Assembly: GCA_963664825.1 (NCBI GenBank)
Contig: OY761614.1
Location: forward strand, 1,440,001-1,504,000
Length of the DNA: 64,000 nt
Direction: 5' to 3'
Origin: an uncultured Holophaga sp.
Lineage (GTDB): Bacteria > Acidobacteriota > Holophagae > Holophagales > Holophagaceae
Part shown: in pieces, positions 51,009 to 59,475 of the stretch
Position numbering within the stretch: position 1 is the first letter of the stretch
Layout of the letters: every line of letters begins with the position of its first letter
Made by a program: the position numbers and the translations under genes
Notes under the pieces: generated by a model
Seen by the model: only the letters and a program-made list of their open reading frames with translations
What the model was told of the DNA's origin: nothing
The model's database searches: none

Positions 51009-52481
51009 ATGGGTGGGAAGATCAAGGCCGGTTTCGAGGCGGTCATTGGCCTAGAGATCCATGTCCAGTTGCTCACGCGATCCAAGATGTTTTGCGCCTG
51101 CGAAAACCGCTATGGGGGCGAGCCCAATACCCGGACCTGTCCGGTCTGCCTGGGGCTACCGGGGGCCCTTCCCGTGCTCAACGACGACGCCGTCAAGATG
51201 GCCCTCATGCTGGGGCTGGCCATCCATGGCTCTATCCAGTCGAGCAGCACTTTCTACCGAAAGCAGTATTTCTACCCGGATCTGCCCAAGGGCTACCAGA
51301 TCACCCAGGGGCCCGTGGCTCTGGTTGAGGAAGGGTGGATGGATATTCCCGGGGACCCTGAAGTCCGCCAGGGGGAGGCTCCCATTCGTGTGCGCATCGA
51401 GCGGGTCCACCTTGAGGAGGATGCAGGGAAATCCAGTCACGAATTCGATGCCGAGCACAGCCATGTGGATCTGAACCGGGCGGGAGTGCCGCTCCTGGAA
51501 ATCGTCGGAGCTCCGGATCTGCGCAGCGCCCAGGAGGCCTCGGATTACCTCAAGGCTCTCCATCACCTCGTCACCTACCTTGGGATCAGCGACGGGAACA
51601 TGGACGAGGGAAGTCTGCGCTGTGACGCCAATGTCTCCGTGCGGCGGGTAGGCGAGACCGTCTATGGGACACGGGTGGAGGTGAAGAATCTCAACTCCTT
51701 CCGTTTCCTTCGGCAGGCCCTGGATTACGAGATCGATCGCCAGATCGATCTCCTGGAAAAGGGCGATACCTTCTCCCAGGAGACCCGGGGTTGGGATGCC
51801 CAGGCGGGGATCACCCGTAGCCAGCGCAGCAAGGAGGCGGCCATGGACTACCGCCACTTCCCGGAGCCCGATCTGCCCACCTTAATTGTGGAGGCAGAAG
51901 AAATCGCCCTGGCCAAGGCCCGTCTCCCGGAGCTCCCCGAGGCGCGAAGGCTGCGATTCCAGGAGTCCTTTGCCCTGACGGAATACGAGGCCGGTCTGCT
52001 CCTTCAGAGCCGTTCCTTTGCGGCATTCTTCGAGGCCACGGCCGAGGCTTGTGGCAATGGAAAACAGGCTGCCAACTGGATGCTGGGGGAAGTGAGCCGC
52101 ACCCTGAATGAGAGCGGAGGGGATCTGGGCCACCTGAGGCTGGACCCTGTGCAGTTGGGTGAACTCATCGGCCTAGTGGAGACAGGCGCTATCAACCTCA
52201 ATACAGCCAAGGAGGTAGTGTTCCCTGCCCTATTAATGGGTGAGGGGACCCCTTTGGAAATCGTCGCACGGAAGGGTTTGGCTCAGGTGACGGACCACGG
52301 TGCCATTGAGGCCCTTGTGGACGAGGTCCTGGTGGCCCATCCGGAGCCCCTGGCCCAATTCCGGGCGGGGAAGACAGGCCTCCGGGGTTTCTTCGTGGGG
52401 CAGGTGATGAAGGGTGGAGCGGGGAAGGTAAACCCCCGATTGGTGAATGAGATCCTGGACGAACGTCTCTCCAGACCCTAG
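51009..52481 (+). CDS. gatB: Asp/Glu-tRNA amidotransferase subunit B
   Basis: VIGLEIHVQL, YFYPDLPKGYQITQ, HLEEDAGK, LRCDANVS, EVKNLNS, PEPDLP. Confidence 0.96.
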   Translation: MGGKIKAGFEAVIGLEIHVQLLTRSKMFCACENRYGGEPNTRTCPVCLGLPGALPVLNDDAVKMALMLGLAIHGSIQSSSTFYRKQYFYPDLPKGYQITQGPVALVEEGWMDIPGDPEVRQGEAPIRVRIERVHLEEDAGKSSHEFDAEHSHVDLNRAGVPLLEIVGAPDLRSAQEASDYLKALHHLVTYLGISDGNMDEGSLRCDANVSVRRVGETVYGTRVEVKNLNSFRFLRQALDYEIDRQIDLLEKGDTFSQETRGWDAQAGITRSQRSKEAAMDYRHFPEPDLPTLIVEAEEIALAKARLPELPEARRLRFQESFALTEYEAGLLLQSRSFAAFFEATAEACGNGKQAANWMLGEVSRTLNESGGDLGHLRLDPVQLGELIGLVETGAINLNTAKEVVFPALLMGEGTPLEIVARKGLAQVTDHGAIEALVDEVLVAHPEPLAQFRAGKTGLRGFFVGQVMKGGAGKVNPRLVNEILDERLSRP

Positions 52482-52502
52482 GCTGAGGCGGAGGGAGAAT
52501 CT

Positions 52503-52781
52503 ATGACCGATTCCACCAAGGGCCCCGAGGATCTCGAGCAGACCATCCTTCATCAGGATAGCTATCGGAAGGTCCTGTTCGGGGAGGTGGCCGATCCCCT
52601 TTTCCCGCCGCACCCCGGTGTGCCGGAGTCCTCGGAAGATGAGCTCACCCGAGCGGCCATCGAGGATCCCGCGGCGGCGACCGTGCATACGGCGCATCTG
52701 GAGCCTACCTTCTGGCGCTTCGTGGCCATTCTCGTCTTCGCCGTCGTCGCCTTAGCTGTGGTTTTCCGTTGGTTCCGCTAG
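52503..52781 (+). CDS. Small protein with acidic N-terminus and C-terminal membrane anchor
   Basis: GGGAG RBS, TM FWRFVAILVFAVVALAVVF. Confidence 0.6.
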   Translation: MTDSTKGPEDLEQTILHQDSYRKVLFGEVADPLFPPHPGVPESSEDELTRAAIEDPAAATVHTAHLEPTFWRFVAILVFAVVALAVVFRWFR

Positions 52782-52852
52782 AATTCCCCTTGGCTGCGAG
52801 TCCACTCCTGAGCCTCGCGGGCCATTGAATTTTCCTAATCGGGGACGAGTCC

Positions 52853-54049
52853 ATGGATACGAGGCATTGGGGCCCCACAACCACCGCGATTCATGCGGGC
52901 CGCGTCTTCAATAGCACCCGGGCGGTCACGACTCCGATCTTCCAGACCTCGGTCTTTGGATTGTTGGAGAACGCCGAAGGGGCTGAATTCGCAAATTCCG
53001 TGGAACCGCCGACCTTCTACACCCGTTGGGGAAATTCCAATTTCAGTGAGGCTCAGGCCGTTCTTGCGGCCCTGGAGGGCACGGACCGGGCCCTGCTGAC
53101 CAGCTCTGGGATGAGCGCCTTTTCCACCCTCTTTGAGACCTTCCTCAGCCCCGGGGATCACGTGGTGGCTCCTGCGGCCATCTACCTCGGTACCGAACAG
53201 CTGCTTCGCCGCTGGGAATCGACCAAGGGGTTGCGGATTACCTGGGTCCAGGATGTCCTCGATATGGAGGAATGGAAATCAGCCATGGAGGTTTGTACGG
53301 CCCTGGTGCTGGTGGAAAGCCCCTCCAATCCCACGCTGGCGGTGACCGATCTGGAGGGCGTGGCGGCCCTGGCTAGGCAGCGGGGCATCCGCACCGTGGC
53401 TGACAACACCTTCGCCTCTCCTGTGCTCACCCGCCCCTGTGAATTAGGTTTCAATCTCAGTGTCTCCAGCGCGACCAAATATCTGGGAGGGCATTCAGAT
53501 ATCGTGCTGGGTGTCATCGCAGGCAATGAATCCGATGTGGTCAAGTGTTGGGAAGTGGCCAAACTGACCGGTCCAACACCGGATCCCATGGCCGCCTGGT
53601 TGCTACACCGCGGCCTCAAGACGCTTTACATGAGGGTTCGCCGGTCCTCGGATAATGCCCAATCCTTGGCCCAATGGCTGCTCTGGCAGCCCCAGGTGGC
53701 TCGGGTGGACTATCCTGGGCTGGCGGAGCATCCTGGACACGCCATAGCCGCCCGGCAGATGCAGGGGGGCTTCGGGGGGATGCTGAGCTTCGAGCTGCGA
53801 GGAGGCCTCACCGCGGGTCGCCGTTTCTGTGAGGCGGTGGAAATCATCACCCGGGCTGTGAGCCTGGGCGGGGTGGAGAGCCTCATCCAACATCCTGCCT
53901 CTATGAGTCACCTACGCACGCCTCACGAGGTGAAGGCCCGGCTGGGGATTACGGATGGCCTATTGCGTCTTTCTGTGGGCATCGAGGACGAGCCCGATCT
54001 GAAGGCCGATTTGGAGCGCGGGCTCCAGGCGGCCACCATGATGTGTTGA
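52853..54049 (+). CDS. Cys/Met metabolism PLP-dependent enzyme (cystathionine gamma-synthase / methionine gamma-lyase family)
   Basis: PIFQTS, YTRWGN, SSGMSA, ESPSNP, DNTFASP, SATKYLGGHSD, SLGGVESL, RLSVGIE. Confidence 0.92.
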   Translation: MDTRHWGPTTTAIHAGRVFNSTRAVTTPIFQTSVFGLLENAEGAEFANSVEPPTFYTRWGNSNFSEAQAVLAALEGTDRALLTSSGMSAFSTLFETFLSPGDHVVAPAAIYLGTEQLLRRWESTKGLRITWVQDVLDMEEWKSAMEVCTALVLVESPSNPTLAVTDLEGVAALARQRGIRTVADNTFASPVLTRPCELGFNLSVSSATKYLGGHSDIVLGVIAGNESDVVKCWEVAKLTGPTPDPMAAWLLHRGLKTLYMRVRRSSDNAQSLAQWLLWQPQVARVDYPGLAEHPGHAIAARQMQGGFGGMLSFELRGGLTAGRRFCEAVEIITRAVSLGGVESLIQHPASMSHLRTPHEVKARLGITDGLLRLSVGIEDEPDLKADLERGLQAATMMC

Positions 54050-54056
54050 GGCCTGC

Positions 54057-54257
54057 ATGAAGCTGATCATCAATGGAGAAACCCGAGAGACGCCTGTCTT
54101 GGCCTATATCGCGGACTTGGCCTCCTGGCTGGAACTCCCGGCCTTTGGTAGCGCCGTGGAGTTGAATGGCGAAGTGGTGAGGAAGGCCATGCATGCGGTC
54201 ACCCCCTTGAAGGAGGGCGACCGTTTGGAGATCGTCCGGCTGGTGGGGGGAGGCTGA
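54057..54257 (+). CDS. thiS: ThiS-family sulfur carrier protein
   Basis: 66 aa, INGE, AVELNGEVV, GDRLEIVRLVGGG ending in Gly-Gly. Confidence 0.9.
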   Translation: MKLIINGETRETPVLAYIADLASWLELPAFGSAVELNGEVVRKAMHAVTPLKEGDRLEIVRLVGGG

Positions 54258-54283
54258 AAGAGGCCGCCCGTGCGGCCTCTTTC
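54256..54283. terminator. Intrinsic terminator between convergent genes
   Basis: GAAAGAGGCCGC-ccgt-GCGGCCTCTTTC. Confidence 0.8.
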
Positions 54284-54300
54284 CTGAGCTTTCTGTGGTT

Positions 54301-56025
54301 CTATTGGATGGTCAGCGTATAGGAGGCGTCCGTACCCGTGAAGATGCCCTGCGGGTCCACGCTGACGCGCACGGCGTAATAGCCGGCCGTCTTCCCCGTC
54401 AGGGGGATGGTATTGGCGGAGCCTGGGGCGAGGGCGTAGGCCAGATACCCGAGGGAATCGAACAGCTCGACCCGCAGCGCCGGGCCGGACGTGGTGAGTG
54501 TGATCGTACGGCTGTTGCCGTCGTGGTAGATGCGATAGGTCTGGGCTTGATCCTGGTCGTACGCGATCAACCCATTGGTCGTGGAATTGTAGGTCTTGAG
54601 ACTGCCACTGAGGTGGAGGGGCAGGGTGATCTGGGTGATCCAGAGGTTGTCCAGGGGATTGGTGGGATTTGTCGTGTAGTAGGGATCGCCGGGGACCGTA
54701 ATATCGCCGTAGCCGTTCCCCATGTTCTCGAGGGCGAGTTCGGCTCGGATGGCATTGCCTGCTGCACTGCCAGCCTGGGTACTGGCCAAGCGGGCGAGGC
54801 CGACGAGGTAGGTGGGGTAGCAGCCGAGCGGGGCATTGCCGAATTCAAAGGCAAGTTTGGCAATCTTGGGGTTGGTGGCATCCCACATGGTGGCCAAGCC
54901 CGCCGGAGTGCCATTGAAAACGGAGGCATTCTTCCAGATGCCCCATTGGGCTCGGGCAATGGAACTGGCCAGGAATTCCCCCCCACCGCTGGGCTTCTGG
55001 TGCTGATCGACCCGCCAGTACGTGATCTTTCCATCGGTTCCAATATCGTAAAGGTAGGGGCTATTCCTGAAGGCACACGATAGGAAATTCCCGAATCCGC
55101 TGGCGAAGGCTATGGTGGATTCCGAGGGGATATTGGGGCTGATGTAGGCGTCCGCGTCATTATCGCTGCGGATGAGGCCACAGCTGAAGTAGAAGCGGGC
55201 GAAGGTCTCCTGGAGCAGGCTGTCATTGTAGGCATCGGCGCCCCGGTCCACAGCGTTAGGCCCGGCGTAGCGCACCGCATGCTGGTAGATGGGGCGGCTA
55301 TCCCCGGGAACTGGGTCCGTGGCGAGGGTGGTGGAGGGCTGCACGAGTATTTTGGGCTGTATGGCGCTATCCACAGCGGCCCTTGGGTAGGAGGTTGAGG
55401 TATTGCCCGCGTTCCAAAAGGCATGGAGATCAGGCATCGCGACGGTGGGTTCCAGGTCGCGGGTCTTCTCCGCGAAGGCGGCCATCTGATCGGCAATGGC
55501 GAAGGGGCCCGCATTCCCGTCTGCGCTAGAAGGGTCCTCCCGGGCGAGGAGTGGCAGGGTGAAATCCGAATCGGCCACCTGGGGCAGGCTCTCCATGTAC
55601 CAGGTCGGAACTTGGTTAAAGGCGCTGCTATTGGTATAGGCGGTCTGAAGGACACCGCTCTTCACGCTTCCGTGCATGAAGAAGTTGCTCCCAGAAGTGC
55701 TGGGGACCGTGATATCGGCTCGCACCACGACCTTGAAGGCAATGCCCCTGGGGATATCCACCCACCCGGTGCCATCGGTGCCAAGATTCCCGTATTTGAG
55801 GGGGCTGCTATCCCCCGAGCGCCACACTTCCGCCCAACAGTACCGGGCCGGCTGCGTGTTCAGTTGGGAGCTGAATCCATTGGTCGTCAATGCCCGTTTC
55901 TCGTAGCGGGCCTGGAGGGTGATTCGGACCGTGTCCTCGGAAGAGTCACTGCCTCCTCCGGTACATCCCGTGACGAATACGAGAGGGACGGCCAAGAACC
56001 AGGACCATGGGTGTTTCTGAGCCAT
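54301..56025 (-). CDS. Lipoprotein with degenerate zincin-like core and C-terminal PPC-like domain
   Basis: Lipobox FVTGC then TGGGS. C-terminal ELFD..G..TAGYYAVRV..YTLTI is PPC-like. Confidence 0.65.
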   Translation of the reverse strand: MAQKHPWSWFLAVPLVFVTGCTGGGSDSSEDTVRITLQARYEKRALTTNGFSSQLNTQPARYCWAEVWRSGDSSPLKYGNLGTDGTGWVDIPRGIAFKVVVRADITVPSTSGSNFFMHGSVKSGVLQTAYTNSSAFNQVPTWYMESLPQVADSDFTLPLLAREDPSSADGNAGPFAIADQMAAFAEKTRDLEPTVAMPDLHAFWNAGNTSTSYPRAAVDSAIQPKILVQPSTTLATDPVPGDSRPIYQHAVRYAGPNAVDRGADAYNDSLLQETFARFYFSCGLIRSDNDADAYISPNIPSESTIAFASGFGNFLSCAFRNSPYLYDIGTDGKITYWRVDQHQKPSGGGEFLASSIARAQWGIWKNASVFNGTPAGLATMWDATNPKIAKLAFEFGNAPLGCYPTYLVGLARLASTQAGSAAGNAIRAELALENMGNGYGDITVPGDPYYTTNPTNPLDNLWITQITLPLHLSGSLKTYNSTTNGLIAYDQDQAQTYRIYHDGNSRTITLTTSGPALRVELFDSLGYLAYALAPGSANTIPLTGKTAGYYAVRVSVDPQGIFTGTDASYTLTIQ

Positions 56026-56081
56026 GAGAACCTCCGATTATTAGGATTGATAAAGATGTAATTTCAAAGTCCATGCCATTC

Positions 56082-57206
56082 CTAATGGCCCAGGACCTCC
56101 CACACGCCCCCCTGGAAATCCCAGCGCGCTTGCAGCGCTGGCAGGGTCTGCAGATCCAGTGCCAGTGGGGATCCGCCCAAGGGACGCTCTACGCTGAAAC
56201 GGTGGAATTCATCCACCAGACCCTGCTCTAGGAGTTGGGTGGCGAGGGTGCCCCCCCCTTCGAAGAGCACGCGGCCCAGGCCCATGGCGGCCAGCTCGTG
56301 CAACAGGTGTCGCAAACTGCATCCCCCGGGGCCCGGGGGGACCCGGAGATCCTCGACGCCGGGGATGGGGCGCGCCTCGCCTGTGGTGACGCGGAGGGCA
56401 GGCTGGCCCTCGACGGGGGCCCAGATCCTCTGGGAGGGGGGCAGGAGGCCGCGACTATCCAGCACGATCCTGTGGAAGGTGCGATGGGGTAGTGTAGGAG
56501 CGGGCCAGCGGTCCGTGAGCAGGGGATCGTCCACCTCGACCGTATGCCGGCCGACCACGATGGCTTCGGCCGCCCGCCTCAGGGCGTGGGCGAATCCTTG
56601 GATCTCGGGAGGGGTCACCTGAGTGTTCTGGCCTTCGGGGCCCAGGGCCCCATCCGAACCCAAGGCCAGTTTGAGGACCACCCAGGGGAGACCCGTGCCA
56701 ATCAGCTTGAAGAAGGGGGCATGGAAACGGGTGCAGGCCCCTTGGAGGCAGCCCTCCAGGACTTCGACGCCGTGGGATCTGAGGAGGGCGAAGCCGCCCC
56801 CATCCACCCGGGGGTTGGGATCCCGGGCACCCACCACCACGCGGGTGATGCCCGAGCGGATGAGGGCCTCGGTGCAGGGAGGCGTCCTCCCGTGATGGCA
56901 GCAGGGTTCCAACGTCACGTAAGCCGTGGCGCCTCGGAGCGTTTCGCCCCGCCCCTCTGCGTCCCTCAAGGCCATGATCTCCCCGTGGGGGTCTCCGGCC
57001 CTTGTGTGGACGCCGCGCCCCAGGATGCGGCCGTCCCGGACGAGGAGGCAGCCTACGGGGGGGTTGGGGCTGGAGAGGCCGACGCCCTTCATGCCTTCCC
57101 GGAGGGCCAGGGCCATGAAGTGATCGGAGCCCGTCTGGGCCTCGGGATCGGGCCACGGGCCGCCCGTGGCGAGTCCCCAGGCCGAGTCGGAGGACAGATC
57201 AGCCAA
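56082..57206 (-). CDS. ribD: Riboflavin biosynthesis deaminase/reductase
   Basis: PNPPVGC, PHGE, VTLEPCCHHGRTPPC, DPNP, DDPLLT, FEGG. TTG 57206 with GGAGG upstream; start uncertain. Confidence 0.93.
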   Translation of the reverse strand: MADLSSDSAWGLATGGPWPDPEAQTGSDHFMALALREGMKGVGLSSPNPPVGCLLVRDGRILGRGVHTRAGDPHGEIMALRDAEGRGETLRGATAYVTLEPCCHHGRTPPCTEALIRSGITRVVVGARDPNPRVDGGGFALLRSHGVEVLEGCLQGACTRFHAPFFKLIGTGLPWVVLKLALGSDGALGPEGQNTQVTPPEIQGFAHALRRAAEAIVVGRHTVEVDDPLLTDRWPAPTLPHRTFHRIVLDSRGLLPPSQRIWAPVEGQPALRVTTGEARPIPGVEDLRVPPGPGGCSLRHLLHELAAMGLGRVLFEGGGTLATQLLEQGLVDEFHRFSVERPLGGSPLALDLQTLPALQARWDFQGGVWEVLGH

Positions 57207-58107
57207 GAAGTCCCTCCACGAAGGCCTCGGGATCGAAGGCAATGAGATCGTCCACCTGCTCGCCTACGCCCACGAAGGCGATGGGTAACCGGAGGCGCTC
57301 CAGGATGGAGACCACCACGCCGCCCTTGGCGCTGCCGTCCAGCTTCGTGAGCACTAGGTCGGTGATGCCGGCGGCTTGCTTGAAGGCCTCGGCCTGTACT
57401 AGGCCGTTCTGGCCCGTGGTGGCATCCAGCACCAGGAGGACCCGATGGGGGGCTTCGGGAATAACCTTCTGGAGGCTGCGGCGGATCTTATCCAGTTCCC
57501 GCATGAGGTTGTCCTTAGTGTGGAGGCGGCCTGCCGTATCGATGAGCACCCAGGGCGTTCCCTTGGCTAGCGCACTGGTGGCTCCGTCGAAGGCGATGGC
57601 TGCGGGGTCGCCCCCCATCTGGTTGCGGATCACAGGCACATCGGCCCTCAGGCCCCATTGTTCCAACTGATCGATGGCGGCGGCCCGGAAGGTATCCCCG
57701 GCCACCACGAGCACTTCTTCGCCCCGGCCCTTGAGATGGGCGGCGAGCTTGCCCAGGGTCGTGGTCTTGCCGACCCCATTGACGCCCACCAGGAGGATCA
57801 CTTGAGTGCCCGAGGCTTCCAGGGGGCGGCGAGGGACCTGACGGAGGATCTTCAGGAGTTCGTCCTTGAGCAGGGCCTTGGGGTCGATATCGCCCGATTT
57901 TCGGAGTTCGAAGCGAAGGCGGTCCATGAGGCGCTGGGTGGCATGAACCCCCAGGTCCGCCTGGAGTAGGAGATCCTCCAGTTCAAGGAGTTGCTCCTCG
58001 TCGAGCCTCCCAATGCCCAGGAGGCGCCCCATGGGGGCTAGGACCAGTTCCTGGGTGCGTTGGAGACCCTGGCGGAACTTGTCGATGAGACCAGAGAGAA
58101 GACCCAC
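57199..58107 (-). CDS. ftsY: Signal recognition particle receptor
   Basis: GVNGVGKTTT, DTFRAAA, DTAGR, DATTGQN, TKLDGSAKGG. GTG 58107 with GAGG upstream. Confidence 0.95.
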   Translation of the reverse strand: MGLLSGLIDKFRQGLQRTQELVLAPMGRLLGIGRLDEEQLLELEDLLLQADLGVHATQRLMDRLRFELRKSGDIDPKALLKDELLKILRQVPRRPLEASGTQVILLVGVNGVGKTTTLGKLAAHLKGRGEEVLVVAGDTFRAAAIDQLEQWGLRADVPVIRNQMGGDPAAIAFDGATSALAKGTPWVLIDTAGRLHTKDNLMRELDKIRRSLQKVIPEAPHRVLLVLDATTGQNGLVQAEAFKQAAGITDLVLTKLDGSAKGGVVVSILERLRLPIAFVGVGEQVDDLIAFDPEAFVEGLLG

Positions 58108-58150
58108 ATGCACCTCGTTCCGGAGGCGTGCGCCTGCCGGCATCTCCAGT

Positions 58151-58522
58151 CTAGTGCAGCAAGGATTCCAGCGGTGTTCTACGTGGAACATCCTGGGAGG
58201 AATCCGCGCGACCGGCCAGCATGGAGCCGTTGCCCCCGGTGCAGCCCACGAGCACATCCACGGCCAGGGCCACGAGGCCATCCGGGATGGGGTGGAGCCA
58301 GGGGCGAGGCCGGGTCCAGGAAACGGAGAGTACGGCGGGGAAGTTGGGGGGTGGTGGTTGCCCCGGGTGGAAGCGCACCGCCCGCTTCTGCGTGTGGAAA
58401 CTCAGAGTCTCTGGCAGGGAGTGCAGGGGATGGGCCTGGGCCTCCTTCGGATCGAAGGGCTCAGTTCTCAACACCCAGATGAAGGCCGGGGGATCAGGGG
58501 GTAAGGAGGCCTGGGGGAACAT
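58151..58522 (-). CDS. Hypothetical Pro-rich protein
   Basis: 123-aa ORF co-oriented with ftsY, downstream of an AT-rich promoter-like gap. No family recognised. Confidence 0.35.
   Translation of the reverse strand: MFPQASLPPDPPAFIWVLRTEPFDPKEAQAHPLHSLPETLSFHTQKRAVRFHPGQPPPPNFPAVLSVSWTRPRPWLHPIPDGLVALAVDVLVGCTGGNGSMLAGRADSSQDVPRRTPLESLLH
58175..58190. other. parS site upstream of ftsY
   Basis: TGTTCTACGTGGAACA, one change from the palindrome. Confidence 0.78.
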
Positions 58523-58574
58523 AATAGGGCTCGGTTGAGTGCAAGTATTGTTTAAAGTGGTTTTAACTAATTGC

Positions 58575-59459
58575 CTAGCGAGCGTTTCCCGAATGGGTTG
58601 CGGCTGCCTTTGGGTGGGCTGCGAGGTACCGGTCGGCTATTTGGAGGTACTGCCGCAGGTTTTGGGTCATGGAGGTATCCGCCCGCCCCGTGGCTAATGC
58701 AGAGGCTAGGTCCTCCCGGCCTGGGCGATACTGCTTGAGGCCGAATCGGGCCCGCCCGCGATTGTAGAGAGCCTCTACATTCCCGGACTCCAGGGCCAGC
58801 GCGCGATCGGCGGCCTGGATCGCTTCAGCATAGGCCTGCCGTTCCACGCGGCAGCATGCCAAGTCTGCCCAGGCCATGGCCGTGTGGCCATCCCGTTGGA
58901 CGGCCTCCAGGAGCACGGGTTCAGCCTCTTTGAATTTCAACTGCATGGAAAGGGCTTCACCCTTCAGGGATAGGCCGAGGCCAGGCCGGGTTTTTGAGAG
59001 AACCTCGGCGTATACAGCCAGCGAGATCCAGTCCTGGAGGGTCTGCGCCTCGCTGCACGCGTTCTCGAATCCGGCTGGGAAACCGAGACGCCCGTTTTCT
59101 GCATGGGCTGCCATGGCCTCTGCGTGCCGCCCCAGCCGGGAAAGAGCCAGGGCACGGAGGGACCGGGCATCGCTTCTGTATGGGCCCGACTTGGATTCCA
59201 GTTGGGGGATCACCGCATCGCAGACCGCCAGCAGCCTTTCCCATCGCTGGGCATGATGCAGGGATTGGAACCAGAGATAGAGAAGCCGCCCTCGGTCCTT
59301 GGGGCCCAGGGATTCGAAGTGGTCCGCGAGTCCAGACCAGTCCTTGACCTGGTAGAAACCAAGCACCTCCTTGTCCACGGGATTGGTGGGATCCAAAGTG
59401 GGTTGCTGGGCGAAGAGGAGGCTGCCGAGCAGGAGGGTGAGGAGGAATGCGGGTCTCAT
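58575..59459 (-). CDS. Secreted TPR protein
   Basis: Signal peptide MRPAFLLTLLLGSLLFA, TPR patterns AWADLA..YAEA..AL.L and ALYNRGRARF. Confidence 0.75.
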   Translation of the reverse strand: MRPAFLLTLLLGSLLFAQQPTLDPTNPVDKEVLGFYQVKDWSGLADHFESLGPKDRGRLLYLWFQSLHHAQRWERLLAVCDAVIPQLESKSGPYRSDARSLRALALSRLGRHAEAMAAHAENGRLGFPAGFENACSEAQTLQDWISLAVYAEVLSKTRPGLGLSLKGEALSMQLKFKEAEPVLLEAVQRDGHTAMAWADLACCRVERQAYAEAIQAADRALALESGNVEALYNRGRARFGLKQYRPGREDLASALATGRADTSMTQNLRQYLQIADRYLAAHPKAAATHSGNAR

Positions 59460-59475
59460 GGGCGTCCGGGAGGCT

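Noticed and set aside
52782..52852. SAM riboswitch before the Cys/Met enzyme
   Set aside because: The gap is 71 bp with one imperfect hairpin and no SAM-I core.
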